DNA from: Deltaproteobacteria bacterium
Lineage (GTDB): Bacteria > SAR324 > NAC60-12
Length of the DNA stretch: 26,513 nucleotides
Reading direction: 5' to 3'
NCBI GenBank assembly: GCA_038150265.1
Contig: JAYOTF010000015.1
Coordinates: forward strand, 1 to 26,513
Below are positions 16,945-26,500 of this stretch, in pieces. Below the pieces are notes generated by a model. The model was not told the DNA's origin and searched no databases. It saw only the letters and a program-made list of their open reading frames with translations. The stretch's first letter is position 1, and each line of letters opens with the position of its first letter. Made by a program: the position numbers and the translations under genes.

Positions 16945-17892
16945 ATGATTGACGCATACGGTCGAAAGATCAACAAGCTGCGTGTGTCCCTGGGAGAAGC
17001 CTGCAACATGGCTTGCACCTACTGCGTGACCAGCATCAAGGACCACGTCCCTTCCCCGAAAGCCCTGCCGGGCGACCAACTCCTGCACCTCGTCTCGCTG
17101 CTGCACCAGCATGCTGGCATTGAAAAGGTCCGGCTGACCGGTGGCGAACCGCTGCTGTTCCGTCACGTTGTGGACTTTGTTCAAGGGGTCCGGGACCTCG
17201 GGATTGAGAGCATCGGAATGACGACCAATGGTCTCAACCTGAAGAAGCTGGCGAAGCCGCTGCAGGCTGCCGGCCTGAAGTCTGTCAACGTCAGCCTGGA
17301 CTCGCTGGATCCGGAGAACTTCCGGAAGATGGGGCGGGCTGGACGGCTGGATCGAGTGCTGGCTGGGATTGACGCGGCCGCCGAGGTGGGGCTTGGCCTC
17401 AAGCTCAACATGGTGGTGGTACGGGAGGCGAACGACCACGAAGTCGTCGACCTGCTGGACTACGCCGTGTCTCGGGGGGCCGAGGTGCGTTACCTGGAGC
17501 TGATGCGCATGGGACCGCTGCACCAGGGCCAGCACTTTCCGTTTGTGTCGATGCATGAAATCCTCGAGCGCATCGGCGAGCGCTACTCCTGGCACCGCGT
17601 GGAAGCGGAGTCAGACGCCACGGCGCAGCGCTTCTGGGTCCCGGGCGGGCACTTCGGGATCATTCCGAATGAGAGTGCGCCCTTTTGCTCCACCTGTTCA
17701 CGCCTGCGCCTGACGTCGGATGGCCACCTTGTGGGGTGCCTGAGCAACCCGGTAGAAACCTCCATCCGCCACCTGCTGCAGCAGGAAGACGTGGCAGAGG
17801 ACCTCCAGGAGTTGGTCCGGACGTCGGTCGCCTACAAGCAGCCGGCCGCCTTCACCGGGTCGAGCCTGGGAATGTCCCGCGTGGGAGGGTGA
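16945..17892 (+). CDS. moaA: GTP 3',8-cyclase MoaA
   Basis: ATG 16945. Radical SAM CNMACTYC, RLTGGEPL, C-terminal FCSTCSRLRLTSDG...C, terminal GG. Confidence 0.96.
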   Translation: MIDAYGRKINKLRVSLGEACNMACTYCVTSIKDHVPSPKALPGDQLLHLVSLLHQHAGIEKVRLTGGEPLLFRHVVDFVQGVRDLGIESIGMTTNGLNLKKLAKPLQAAGLKSVNVSLDSLDPENFRKMGRAGRLDRVLAGIDAAAEVGLGLKLNMVVVREANDHEVVDLLDYAVSRGAEVRYLELMRMGPLHQGQHFPFVSMHEILERIGERYSWHRVEAESDATAQRFWVPGGHFGIIPNESAPFCSTCSRLRLTSDGHLVGCLSNPVETSIRHLLQQEDVAEDLQELVRTSVAYKQPAAFTGSSLGMSRVGG

Positions 17893-17978
17893 TGCGTAAA
17901 AGGCTTGCTCCGTCTCTGACTTTGCGGTAAAAAGATAAGTTTAGTTTTTTCAACACTCTTTACCTCAGTCAGGGTTTC

Positions 17979-18113
17979 ATGAAACGGACTTTCCAACCGA
18001 ATGTACGGCGTCGCAAGAAGAAGCACGGATTTCGTGCCCGCATGGCGACTCCAGGAGGCCGCAAGGTGATCAACCGTCGCCGGGCCAAGGGGCGCAAGCG
18101 ACTCAGCGCCTGA
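17979..18113 (+). CDS. rpmH: 50S ribosomal protein L34
   Basis: Not in the ORF track. Read by hand: [44 protein letters not shown]. Stop overlaps the rnpA start (TGATG). Confidence 0.98.
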   Translation: MKRTFQPNVRRRKKKHGFRARMATPGGRKVINRRRAKGRKRLSA

Positions 18114-18469
18114 TGAAAGAGCGGAGCTTTCCCAAGTCGGTTCGCTTGAACCAGGCTCGGGAAATTCGCCCGATCTTTTCTCATGGAACCTACCGTCCTC
18201 TTGGGTTGATCAGCGTCAAGTACCTCCCCAGCCAAGCCGAAACGAGCCGATTCCTCATTTCCATCAAGAAAAAAGTGGGGCATGCGCCCCTGCGCAATCG
18301 GTTGAAGCGCCTCCTCCGGGAAGCGATTCGAGCGGAGCGGCACTGCCTGGAGCAGAGTTATGACATCTGCTTCATGATCACCCGCACACCAGGACGTCCG
18401 GCGACGTTGGCGTACATGACGCGCTCCGTCCGGGGGCTGTTCCAGGAACTTGCACAGGCAGCCCCCTGA
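18113..18469 (+). CDS. rnpA: Ribonuclease P protein component
   Basis: FPK..RL, KKVG.A..RNRLKR.LRE. Conserved position after rpmH. Confidence 0.95.
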   Translation: MKERSFPKSVRLNQAREIRPIFSHGTYRPLGLISVKYLPSQAETSRFLISIKKKVGHAPLRNRLKRLLREAIRAERHCLEQSYDICFMITRTPGRPATLAYMTRSVRGLFQELAQAAP

Positions 18470-18474
18470 TCGGC

Positions 18475-18789
18475 ATGGCGCACCCCGAACCGCACGTCAC
18501 GTTGTCTGAAGACTCAGCGACCGAGGGCCAAGAGGGCCAGGGGTGGAGCGTTCGCCTGCTCATGCTCCTCATCCGGGGGTACCGCAAATGGATCTCTCCT
18601 CTGCTACCGCCGTCCTGTCGCTTTTATCCAACCTGTTCGCAGTATGCGCTGACGGCGTTGGCGTATCATGGCCTGTGGAAAGGCGGGTGGCTCAGTGCCC
18701 GCCGTCTGCTGCGCTGTCATCCCTTTCATCCGGGCGGGGTTGATCCTGTGCCCCGAACCTTCCACTTCAAGTCTTCCTCCCGATTCTGA
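18475..18789 (+). CDS. yidD: Membrane protein insertion efficiency factor YidD
   Basis: [34 protein letters not shown]. Confidence 0.96.
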   Translation: MAHPEPHVTLSEDSATEGQEGQGWSVRLLMLLIRGYRKWISPLLPPSCRFYPTCSQYALTALAYHGLWKGGWLSARRLLRCHPFHPGGVDPVPRTFHFKSSSRF

Positions 18790-20558
18790 TGGAAAAGAAC
18801 ACGTTGCTGGCGGTGGTGATCTCCATGGTCATTCTGGTGGGCTGGTCCTACTTTTTCCCACCTCCGGAGCCTCCGAAACCGGAAACTCCTCCTTCTGCGG
18901 AAGTGACCCAGGCGCTGGATGAAGTGGCGGCTGAGGCACTGGCGGGCCGTGAGGCATCCATGGCCTCCGAGCCGGCTGACACGCTTCCGGAAACTCCGGT
19001 GGTGGCCGTGGACGCGAGCCTGCCTGCCCGAGAGATCGTGGTGCAGACCGACCGCTTCCGGGTGCTGCTGAACAGCCGCGGTGGCGTGGCGACCAGCTTG
19101 CAGCTGACCAACTACGACCACACCAAGCCCCGCCTGACCCTGAGCACCTGGTTCCCCATCCTGGAAGGGGTGCTGGGGCCCGACTACCAGCTGTCGGTGA
19201 CCGAGGGCAACAAGGTGGAGATGCTGAGCAACTACGTCCCAAACGTGGAGGCCTTCGGGGTGCAGTTTGAGGATGACTCGGAGCTGACCCAGCGCTTCCG
19301 GAACGCCAGTTATGCCATTTCGGTGAACGGCCAGACGCTGGAGCCGGGGACCGATCAGCAGACCTTTGCGCTGGGCGCGGAAGATGAGTCCATGACGGTG
19401 GAACTGCGCTCGGTAGAAGTGGGAGGCGTGCAGCTGGTGAAGACCCTGACCTTTCGGCAGGGCGCACACCTGATCGACTACGACCTGCAGGTCATCAACC
19501 GCTCCCTGTCTGCCAAGCCCCTCAAGGTCCGGCAGCTCTTTGGCGAAGCCCGCTTCCATGAAGGCGAGGTGGACACCCGAGCCGGGCACCGAGGCCCGGT
19601 GTACTTCACGGATGGCAGCCTGGAAACCCATGGGCTGGATGAGGCCCGGGACGGCCTGCGAGTGGGAGACTTTGACTGGGTGGGACTGGAAGACCACTAC
19701 TTCATCAGCGCCGCCGCGCCGCTGGCTCCGGTCAAGGAAGGATTCTATCAGGCCCGGGAAACCGAAGGCACCGGACTCGCACCCTATTATGGCATCCGCC
19801 TGCCGCTGGTGGAACTGCTCCCCGGGAAGCTCGTGGAAGTCCCCTTCCAGCTCTACTTCGGCCCGAAGGATGAGGCGGAAATGACCAAGTTTGGTCGCAA
19901 CCTGAACCAGTCCCTCAACATGACCCTCGAGTCCCTGGCGGGACCGCTGCTGTCGCTGTTGCGAGGAATTTACGGGGTTGTGGGGAACTACGGGGTGGCC
20001 ATCATCATCCTCACCGTGATCGTTCGACTCGTCCTCTTCCCGCTGACCTACCGCGGCATGAAGAGCATGAAGCGCATGCAGCAGCTGGCGCCGAAGATGA
20101 AGCGGATTCAGGAGAAGTACAAGAACGACAAGGAAAAGCTGCAGATGGAAATGATGGGCCTGTATCGCAAGAACAAGGTCAATCCGGTCGGAGGCTGCTT
20201 GCCGCTGCTGCTGCAGATTCCGGTGTTCCTGGCGCTCTACAGTGCGCTTTCCAGCGCCGTTGAGTTGCGGCATGCGCCGTTCGGGCTCTGGCTCAGCGAC
20301 CTGTCTCAGGCAGATGGCCTGGGGATCACGCCGATCCTCATGGGCGCCACGCTGTACTTCCAGCAGAAGCTGACCCCGCAGAGCGCGGTGATGGACCCGA
20401 CGCAGGCGAAGATCATGCAGCTGATGCCGCTGGTGTTTGCCGTCTTCAGCTTCACCTTCCCGTCTGGACTGGTGCTGTACTGGGTGACGAGCAACCTGCT
20501 CTCAATGGGGCAGCAGCAGATCATCAACCGGATCAAGACGCCGGAGATTCAGGACTGA
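18789..20558 (+). CDS. yidC: Membrane protein insertase YidC
   Basis: N-terminal TM, large periplasmic domain, GNYGVAII.LT..VR, NPVGGCLP.L.QIP.F, ELRHAPF..W..DLS, PSGLVLYW. Confidence 0.97.
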   Translation: MEKNTLLAVVISMVILVGWSYFFPPPEPPKPETPPSAEVTQALDEVAAEALAGREASMASEPADTLPETPVVAVDASLPAREIVVQTDRFRVLLNSRGGVATSLQLTNYDHTKPRLTLSTWFPILEGVLGPDYQLSVTEGNKVEMLSNYVPNVEAFGVQFEDDSELTQRFRNASYAISVNGQTLEPGTDQQTFALGAEDESMTVELRSVEVGGVQLVKTLTFRQGAHLIDYDLQVINRSLSAKPLKVRQLFGEARFHEGEVDTRAGHRGPVYFTDGSLETHGLDEARDGLRVGDFDWVGLEDHYFISAAAPLAPVKEGFYQARETEGTGLAPYYGIRLPLVELLPGKLVEVPFQLYFGPKDEAEMTKFGRNLNQSLNMTLESLAGPLLSLLRGIYGVVGNYGVAIIILTVIVRLVLFPLTYRGMKSMKRMQQLAPKMKRIQEKYKNDKEKLQMEMMGLYRKNKVNPVGGCLPLLLQIPVFLALYSALSSAVELRHAPFGLWLSDLSQADGLGITPILMGATLYFQQKLTPQSAVMDPTQAKIMQLMPLVFAVFSFTFPSGLVLYWVTSNLLSMGQQQIINRIKTPEIQD

Positions 20559-21526
20559 CTGACCTGCGGGTCAAACACCCTGGCCACGGTCTCCAGCAAC
20601 TCCGGAACCTGCTCCAGCGGCAGGTCGTTGATGCCGGCGGCCTTGGAGCGTCCCCCGCCGCCAAGGGAGCGGCAGATGACATCGGCTCCGCTGGGGCGAC
20701 TCAGTGGGGCGCGGACGCTGACGAGCCCTCCTCCTCTTCCATTCTCCACCAACACAACCAACCCCTGGTCAGGGGCTTCCCGAATCTGTTCATTGCTGAA
20801 GACGCCGGCGATGCGACGGCCCCAGGCTTCATTGGGAAAGCGGAAGAAGCGGAAGGCCTCCGTTTCGGCTGCTGGGGCCACCGCCTGAGCCTGCCGCTGA
20901 TCCTGCTGAAAGTGCTCCCGCAGGGCGGGAAGCGCCTCGGAGAGCCGAGCAAAGTCGAGTGGGTTCTCAAAGGGGTGCAGCTGATTGAAGAGGTCTTCTG
21001 GCGCATAGTGCAGGTCCTGCAGCGTCTCGCCGTACCCGTTGTAATTGAGCAGCTCCCCGGTTTCCCGGAGCAGGGCGAGGTCGGCCTCGCTGAGGTTCAG
21101 CGTGGCGGCCAGTTCCTGAGCAGTGCGGTGCTGGTTGTCGCCAAAGGCGCCTGCAAGGGCCCAGAGGCGGTAGGCGCCCCCCAGGTGCCGATCCACCAGG
21201 GTGCTGGTGCAGACTTCCGGATCCGGATCAATGAAGGAGGTAAAGTGGGGGTGGTCCGGAAGGGCGCCGGCAAAGTGATGGTCGAAGTAGCGGATGGTAT
21301 TCTGCTGCTCAAGCAGCTGCAGGAGCGGGGCTCGGTTGACATCCAGCGAGATGTCGAGGACGGTGATGGAGCATCCGGTGCGCTCTTGAATACGGGAGAG
21401 CAGTCGGATGTCGCGCTTCACCCCGGTGATGCGTTCCGAGGCGAGGGGTTGGTGCAACCGCAACTGTTGCAGCGCACACAACCCATCGGCATCTCCGTTG
21501 AACACGTCAATGTGTTGGGTCGTCAC
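20549..21526 (-). CDS. DHH family phosphoesterase
   Basis: DVFNGDADG, DIS, YFDHH, C-terminal SVRAP...GGGR..AAGI (DHHA1-like). Confidence 0.85.
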   Translation of the reverse strand: MTTQHIDVFNGDADGLCALQQLRLHQPLASERITGVKRDIRLLSRIQERTGCSITVLDISLDVNRAPLLQLLEQQNTIRYFDHHFAGALPDHPHFTSFIDPDPEVCTSTLVDRHLGGAYRLWALAGAFGDNQHRTAQELAATLNLSEADLALLRETGELLNYNGYGETLQDLHYAPEDLFNQLHPFENPLDFARLSEALPALREHFQQDQRQAQAVAPAAETEAFRFFRFPNEAWGRRIAGVFSNEQIREAPDQGLVVLVENGRGGGLVSVRAPLSRPSGADVICRSLGGGGRSKAAGINDLPLEQVPELLETVARVFDPQVSQS

Positions 21527-21705
21527 TGAGCAAAAAAGAGGACTTGGAGACTGAACAAGGTGGCAAAGAGCACCACTCCCCCCAGAGCGATGGTAATGGG
21601 AGTGCTGAGTGCCCCGTTGCTTCGGAATCGCCGGTTGACCTCGTGCTTCTCAAAGCGACGGATCGGGTCCCGACGGATGAAGGTTTGGCTTTTCATCACG
21701 GACAT
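21523..21705 (-). CDS. Small hypothetical single-TM protein
   Basis: 60 aa, basic N-half and hydrophobic C-terminal helix. Stop overlaps the DHH gene start (GTGA). Confidence 0.5.
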   Translation of the reverse strand: MSVMKSQTFIRRDPIRRFEKHEVNRRFRSNGALSTPITIALGGVVLFATLFSLQVLFFAQ

Positions 21706-21784
21706 GGCGCTCGAAATGGGCTGAAAAGGTTCTCAAGCTCCCCAAAGGGATCAGGAACTGTTTCAGCAAAAAGAGTGCCTAAAT

Positions 21785-22879
21785 TCAGTCCGTGAGGCGA
21801 TTCATGGCCCGTGTCTGGTTGCGCAGGTAGTGGTCGGCCAGCACCAGGGCCACCATGGCGTCGATCATCGGCACCGCCCGGGGCAACACGCAGGGGTCGT
21901 GCCGGCCCTTGGCGCGGAGCTTGGTCGCTTCTCCGGACTGGTTCACCGTGTCCTGCTCAAAGTTGATGGTCGCCGTGGGTTTGAACGCGACCCGGAAGTC
22001 GATGGGCTCTCCGTTGCTGATGCCTCCCTGGATGCCTCCGGAACGGTTGGACTGGGGGCGGATCCGCCCGTCTTCAGAGGTGAAGGCGTCGTTGTGCTGG
22101 GAGCCCTTGAGGAGCACCGAATCAAAGCCGAGGCCAAACTCCACACCCCGGGTAGCGGGCAGGGACATCATGGCCTTGGCGAGGTCGGCGGTGAGCTTGT
22201 CGAAGACGGGCTCGCCCAGTCCGGGAGGAATGTTCCGGATGTGGGCCCGGATGATGCCCCCGACGCTGTCTCCGCCCTTCCGGGCTTCCAGAATCCGGGC
22301 CTCCATGCGGGCGCTGGCTTCCGGATCGGGACAACGCACGACGCTGGCCTCCACGGCCTCGGCGGTGACGTCTTCCGGAGCGATGCTTGCGGTCAGGTCA
22401 TGGATCTGCTCCACCCATGAAAGGATCTCGGCGCCACAGAGCTGGTGCAGGAGTTTCCGGGCAACGGCGCCGGCAGCCACCCGCCCAATCGTTTCCCGAG
22501 CGCTGGAGCGTCCGCCTCCCATCCAGTTGCGGAAGCCGTACTTGCGATCGTAGGTAAAGTCGGCATGGCTGGGCCGGTAGAGGTCCTTGAGGTGGTCGTA
22601 GGCCTGAGGCCGGGCGTCTTCGTTACGGACGAGGATTGCGAGCGCGGTGCCAGTGGTCCGGCCATCAAAGACGCCTGAGAGGATCTCCGCGGTGTCGCTT
22701 TCCTTGCGCTGGGTGGTGATTTTGCTCTGTCCGGGACGCCGGCGGTCGAGGTCGGCCTGGATGTCGCTGAGGTCCAGTTCCAGGCCGGCAGGGCAGCCGT
22801 CGATGACCACGCCAATGCCGCCGCCGTGTGATTCGCCCCAGGTGGAGATCCGAAAGAGGTGGCCGAAGCTATCGCCCAT
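21785..22879 (-). CDS. aroC: Chorismate synthase
   Basis: [49 protein letters not shown]. Confidence 0.98.
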   Translation of the reverse strand: MGDSFGHLFRISTWGESHGGGIGVVIDGCPAGLELDLSDIQADLDRRRPGQSKITTQRKESDTAEILSGVFDGRTTGTALAILVRNEDARPQAYDHLKDLYRPSHADFTYDRKYGFRNWMGGGRSSARETIGRVAAGAVARKLLHQLCGAEILSWVEQIHDLTASIAPEDVTAEAVEASVVRCPDPEASARMEARILEARKGGDSVGGIIRAHIRNIPPGLGEPVFDKLTADLAKAMMSLPATRGVEFGLGFDSVLLKGSQHNDAFTSEDGRIRPQSNRSGGIQGGISNGEPIDFRVAFKPTATINFEQDTVNQSGEATKLRAKGRHDPCVLPRAVPMIDAMVALVLADHYLRNQTRAMNRLTD

Positions 22880-22880
22880 G

Positions 22881-23681
22881 TCAGTTTACGGCTAAGGGTT
22901 TCAGGTGAGACAGATCTGCCTGTTGCAGGTGAAGGGACGCCGCGAGGGCCTGGTTCTCAGCGATTCCGGCCTGGACGTCTCGGGGGTGGTGGCAGTCGGA
23001 GTTGCAGACCACCTGGATGGGGTACTCCTGGGCCAGTTCCCAGAACGGCCGCCAGGGGTAGGGAGGCCGCTGCCCCTCGGCGCCGGGCACCTTGGGCTTG
23101 CGGAGGCCATAGCCATTGATTTCCAACGGGACCCCGGTTTCCACAGCGGCCGCCAGGATGTCTCGCGAGCAGGCCGCGACGTCTTCAGTCCAGCTCATCT
23201 GAATGCCTCCAAAGAGGTCCGGATGGGCAATGAAGGCAAAGAGGCCGGTGGCCATCATTTCCTCAAGGTAGCGCGCATACGCCCGCAGGTGGGTGGCCGT
23301 TCGCAGCTCGACAAAGGAGTTGAGCCAATCGCCCTGGAAGGGGGTGAAGTGTCCGGCGCCAATGAGGTAGCTGAAGTGCCGGGCCTCAAGCAACTCCTCG
23401 GCAAAGTAGGCATGAAACTCCGGAATGTACTCGCACTCCATGCCAAGCAGGACGTTCACTTCCGGAACCACCTCGGCGGCATGATGAACCGCGGCAACGT
23501 AGTCATCCAGCTCATCAAAGCGCATCCGGACGTCAGGCCAGCGGTTGTCTGGCAGAGCGGCATGATCGGAGACGCCGAAGGTGGACATCTTAGCCTGAGC
23601 AGCGGCCCGGACGTAATCGATAACGTCCTCGTCTGCATGCTGGCAACGGAAGGTATGAGAGTGATAGTTGGCGAGTGGCAA
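22881..23681 (-). CDS. PHP-family histidinol-phosphatase (HisJ-like)
   Basis: NYHSHT.RC.HA, SDH, GMECEY, AHPD, LEIN, NSDCH. TTG start is uncertain. Confidence 0.85.
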   Translation of the reverse strand: MPLANYHSHTFRCQHADEDVIDYVRAAAQAKMSTFGVSDHAALPDNRWPDVRMRFDELDDYVAAVHHAAEVVPEVNVLLGMECEYIPEFHAYFAEELLEARHFSYLIGAGHFTPFQGDWLNSFVELRTATHLRAYARYLEEMMATGLFAFIAHPDLFGGIQMSWTEDVAACSRDILAAAVETGVPLEINGYGLRKPKVPGAEGQRPPYPWRPFWELAQEYPIQVVCNSDCHHPRDVQAGIAENQALAASLHLQQADLSHLKPLAVN

Positions 23682-23766
23682 GGCTGGGTGTCGTCACGAA
23701 AGGATTGAGCTTGAAAGAACGAAGATAACAACGGGTCACGAACGTGCAAGGAGATTTCACCGCGGC

Positions 23767-23794
23767 TTGACCCTGAGGTGGGCTTTGGTACGAT
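23767..23794 (+). promoter_or_regulatory. Sigma70-type promoter for sthA
   Basis: TTGACC (23767-23772), 16-bp spacer ending TGG, TACGAT (23789-23794). Confidence 0.5.
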
Positions 23795-23849
23795 TATCGC
23801 GTTCTGAAACACGCAAAAATTCCCCTCCTCTGTCTGACGGTAGCTCACC

Positions 23850-25259
23850 ATGCAAGATGTACATCATTACGACCTCGCGGTCATTGGCTCTGGCCCTGCT
23901 GGAGAGAAAGCCGCCATGCAGGCCAGCAAGCTCAAGAAACGGGTGGTGATGATCGAGAACAAGCCTCGGCTCGGAGGGGCGTCTCTGCATACCGGAACCA
24001 TCCCGTCCAAGTCCCTCCGGGAAACGGTGGTGAACCTGTCGATGATCCGGCAGCAGACGCATGGCATCCAGATTTCGTTCAAGGACAACCTGACCACCGA
24101 CGAGCTGATGTACCGCAAGCAGGTGGTGATTCAGGAGCAGGAAAACTCGCTCAAGCGGAACCTGGACAAGAACCGGGTCACCACCCTGGTGGGCAGCCCC
24201 CGGTTTTTGAGCCCGACGGAGCTGGAGGTCCTTCCGAATGACGGCAGCGAGCCGATTCGCCTCACGGCGGATTTTTCCATCATTGCCACGGGTTCGAGTC
24301 CACGGCGTCCGAAGTGGGCCCCGTTTGACAACGAGTGCGTGTTCGATTCCGACAGCATCCTCAAGATCAAGCACCTCCCGAAGAAGATCACCATCATCGG
24401 AGCCGGGGTCATCGGCTGCGAATACGCGTGCATCTTTGCGAAGCTGGGGATCCGTGTGAACCTCATTGCCCGCGACCGCAACGTGCTGCCGTTCCTCGAT
24501 CGCGAGATTGCCGAAGCACTGATCTACCGGATGCGCAACCAGCGCATCACCCTGCGCCTGGGGGAAAACGTCAAGGACATCCGAAAGGTGGCTCCGGAAG
24601 AGGTGCTGGTGGAGCTGGAGAGTCAGAAGGTGCTGCCCTGCTCAACCGTGCTGGTTGCTGCTGGCCGGACGGCGAACTCGGAAAACCTGGGCCTGGAGGA
24701 GATTGGCATTGAGCTGGGCCACAACCTGCTCATCAAGACCAACGAGGTCTACCAGACGGCGCGTCCGAACATCTATGCCGTTGGCGACGTCATTGGCTTC
24801 CCCGGACTTTCGTCAACCTCAATGGTGCAGTCCCGGATTGCCGTCCTGCACGCCTTTGGCGAACTGCAAAACGAGTCCATGCCCAAGGAGTTTCCCTACG
24901 GCATCTGGACGATTCCAGCGGTGGCGATGGTGGGGCAGACGGAAGAGGAGCTGACCGAGGCCTGCATTCCCTATGAAATCGGCGTGGCCCACTTCAAGGA
25001 GATCTCCCGGGCGCACATCATGGGAGAAGAGGAGGGCATCGTGAAGCTCATCTTTGATCCCGAAAGCCTGAAGCTCTACGGCGTCCACATCATCGGCCCC
25101 CGCGCGGCAGAACTCGTTCACCTCGGACACTCGGTGATGCACCTTGGGGGAACCATCCGGTACTTCATCAACGCGGTGCTCAACTGCCCCACACTGGATG
25201 AAGCCTACCGGGTCGCGGCCTTCAATGGCATCAACCGCCTCGATCACGACTCCCTCTGA
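23850..25259 (+). CDS. sthA: Soluble pyridine nucleotide transhydrogenase
   Basis: GSGPAG, GG...HTGTIPSK.LRE without a redox CxxxxC, GAGVIGCEYA..F, GDVIGFP.L, GI.TIP, G..A.ELVH.G, PTL.EAY..AA.NG.NRL. Confidence 0.9.
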   Translation: MQDVHHYDLAVIGSGPAGEKAAMQASKLKKRVVMIENKPRLGGASLHTGTIPSKSLRETVVNLSMIRQQTHGIQISFKDNLTTDELMYRKQVVIQEQENSLKRNLDKNRVTTLVGSPRFLSPTELEVLPNDGSEPIRLTADFSIIATGSSPRRPKWAPFDNECVFDSDSILKIKHLPKKITIIGAGVIGCEYACIFAKLGIRVNLIARDRNVLPFLDREIAEALIYRMRNQRITLRLGENVKDIRKVAPEEVLVELESQKVLPCSTVLVAAGRTANSENLGLEEIGIELGHNLLIKTNEVYQTARPNIYAVGDVIGFPGLSSTSMVQSRIAVLHAFGELQNESMPKEFPYGIWTIPAVAMVGQTEEELTEACIPYEIGVAHFKEISRAHIMGEEEGIVKLIFDPESLKLYGVHIIGPRAAELVHLGHSVMHLGGTIRYFINAVLNCPTLDEAYRVAAFNGINRLDHDSL

Positions 25260-25262
25260 TTC

Positions 25263-25304
25263 CGGAAGCCGGGTCCGATGACCCGTGCCTTCCGCTCATT
25301 TTTT
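25263..25304 (+). terminator. Putative intrinsic terminator after sthA
   Basis: CGGAAG..CGGGTC-CGAT-GACCCG..CTTCCG hairpin (25263-25294), followed by TTTTTT at 25299-25304. Confidence 0.45.
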
Positions 25305-25340
25305 CCAGAATTCCCAAGACGGCTGGCCAGGACATTTTCC

Positions 25341-25370
25341 TTGACATCCGCCTTGGCACGATGTTAGCTT
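25341..25370 (+). promoter_or_regulatory. Sigma70-type promoter of hrcA
   Basis: TTGACA (25341-25346), 18-bp spacer, TGnTAGCTT (25362-25370), immediately before CIRCE. Confidence 0.65.
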
Positions 25371-25371
25371 A

Positions 25372-25398
25372 TTAGCACTTTCTTGAGATGAGTGCTAA
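25372..25398. promoter_or_regulatory. CIRCE operator
   Basis: TTAGCACTT-N9-GAGTGCTAA, one mismatch to TTAGCACTC-N9-GAGTGCTAA, upstream of hrcA. Confidence 0.95.
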
Positions 25399-25438
25399 CG
25401 ATCGATCAGGCAACAAGGGGGATTCATCCAGGGACCGC

Positions 25439-26500
25439 ATGGGAACGAGAAAGCAGGGTCAAGACATTGACGAGCGCATGCAGATGGTGCTGCGCGGCAT
25501 TGTGGATAGCTACATTGAGAACTCGGAGCCTGTGGGGTCGAGAACCCTGTCGAAGCAGTTAGAGGTTCAGTTCTCTCCGGCGACGATCCGGAACATCATG
25601 TCGGACCTGTCGGAGATGGGCTACCTGATGCAGCCGCACACTTCCGGGGGACGCATTCCGACGGACAAGGCGTACCGGCTGTATGTCGATTCGCTGGTGG
25701 TGGCCAATCAGCTGCCGAACAGCATCCAGAGTCACATCGCGGAGCTGTCGAAGCTGGGGACAACGGCGCCAGTGGAGGTCTTGCTTCAGAACACCACCCG
25801 CATCCTGGCGGGACTGACCAAATTCGTCTGCCTGGTCACGGCTCCGAAGACGGAGGTGAGCCTGCTGCAGCGCATTGAGTTCATCAAGGTCAGCGCCCGC
25901 AAGGTGCTGGTGATTCTGGTGACCAAGTCCGGTGTGGTGCGCAACAAGATCATTGACACGCCAGAAGACTTCCCCCAGGACTTCTTCAACACGATCTCCG
26001 CGTTCCTCAATGATCAGTTCCAGAACCGCTCCCTGCAGCAGATCCGTGAGGAGATCCTCCGGAGCATGGTGGAGGACAAGGAACGCTACGACCAGCTCCT
26101 TGCGCAAGCGGTCCGGCTCGGCAAAAAAGCGTTTGAGCTCGATGAGCGCGAAGAGATGTACATGGAAGGCCAGTTCAACCTGCTCAAGAACGAGCGTTTT
26201 CAGAGCACCGAGGTGGTGCAGCACCTGATGGACGCCTTTGAGCACAAGAGCATGATCATGGATGTGCTGGACCACACCGTCCGGGCGGAGGGCGTGCAGC
26301 TGTACATCGGGGTGGAAAACGAGTCTGAGAACCTGAGAGACTGCACCCTGGTAGCCGCCAACTACCGCAACGAAAACAACGTGTTGGGCACCATTGGGGT
26401 CATTGGTCCCACCAGCATGAATTATCAGCACATCATTCCTGTCGTGGACTACACGGCCAAAATTCTATCCCAAGCCATTTCTGAGCAAGCCTATGACTGA
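25439..26500 (+). CDS. hrcA: Heat-inducible transcription repressor HrcA
   Basis: IV..YI...EPVGS..L, SPATIRN.M.DL...GYL.QPHTS.GRIPTDKAYR.YVD, IG.EN, GVIGP..M.Y. Start at 25439 (AGGGA RBS) preferred over 25388, which lies within CIRCE. Confidence 0.97.
   Translation: MGTRKQGQDIDERMQMVLRGIVDSYIENSEPVGSRTLSKQLEVQFSPATIRNIMSDLSEMGYLMQPHTSGGRIPTDKAYRLYVDSLVVANQLPNSIQSHIAELSKLGTTAPVEVLLQNTTRILAGLTKFVCLVTAPKTEVSLLQRIEFIKVSARKVLVILVTKSGVVRNKIIDTPEDFPQDFFNTISAFLNDQFQNRSLQQIREEILRSMVEDKERYDQLLAQAVRLGKKAFELDEREEMYMEGQFNLLKNERFQSTEVVQHLMDAFEHKSMIMDVLDHTVRAEGVQLYIGVENESENLRDCTLVAANYRNENNVLGTIGVIGPTSMNYQHIIPVVDYTAKILSQAISEQAYD

Noticed and set aside
17893..17978. Possible oriC upstream of rpmH
   Set aside because: Short, no DnaA boxes seen and no dnaA. 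It looks like an ordinary AT-rich promoter region.
25388..25438. Longer hrcA start
   Set aside because: The ATG is inside CIRCE with no RBS. The start at 25439 has an AGGGA RBS and gives a more usual N-terminus.
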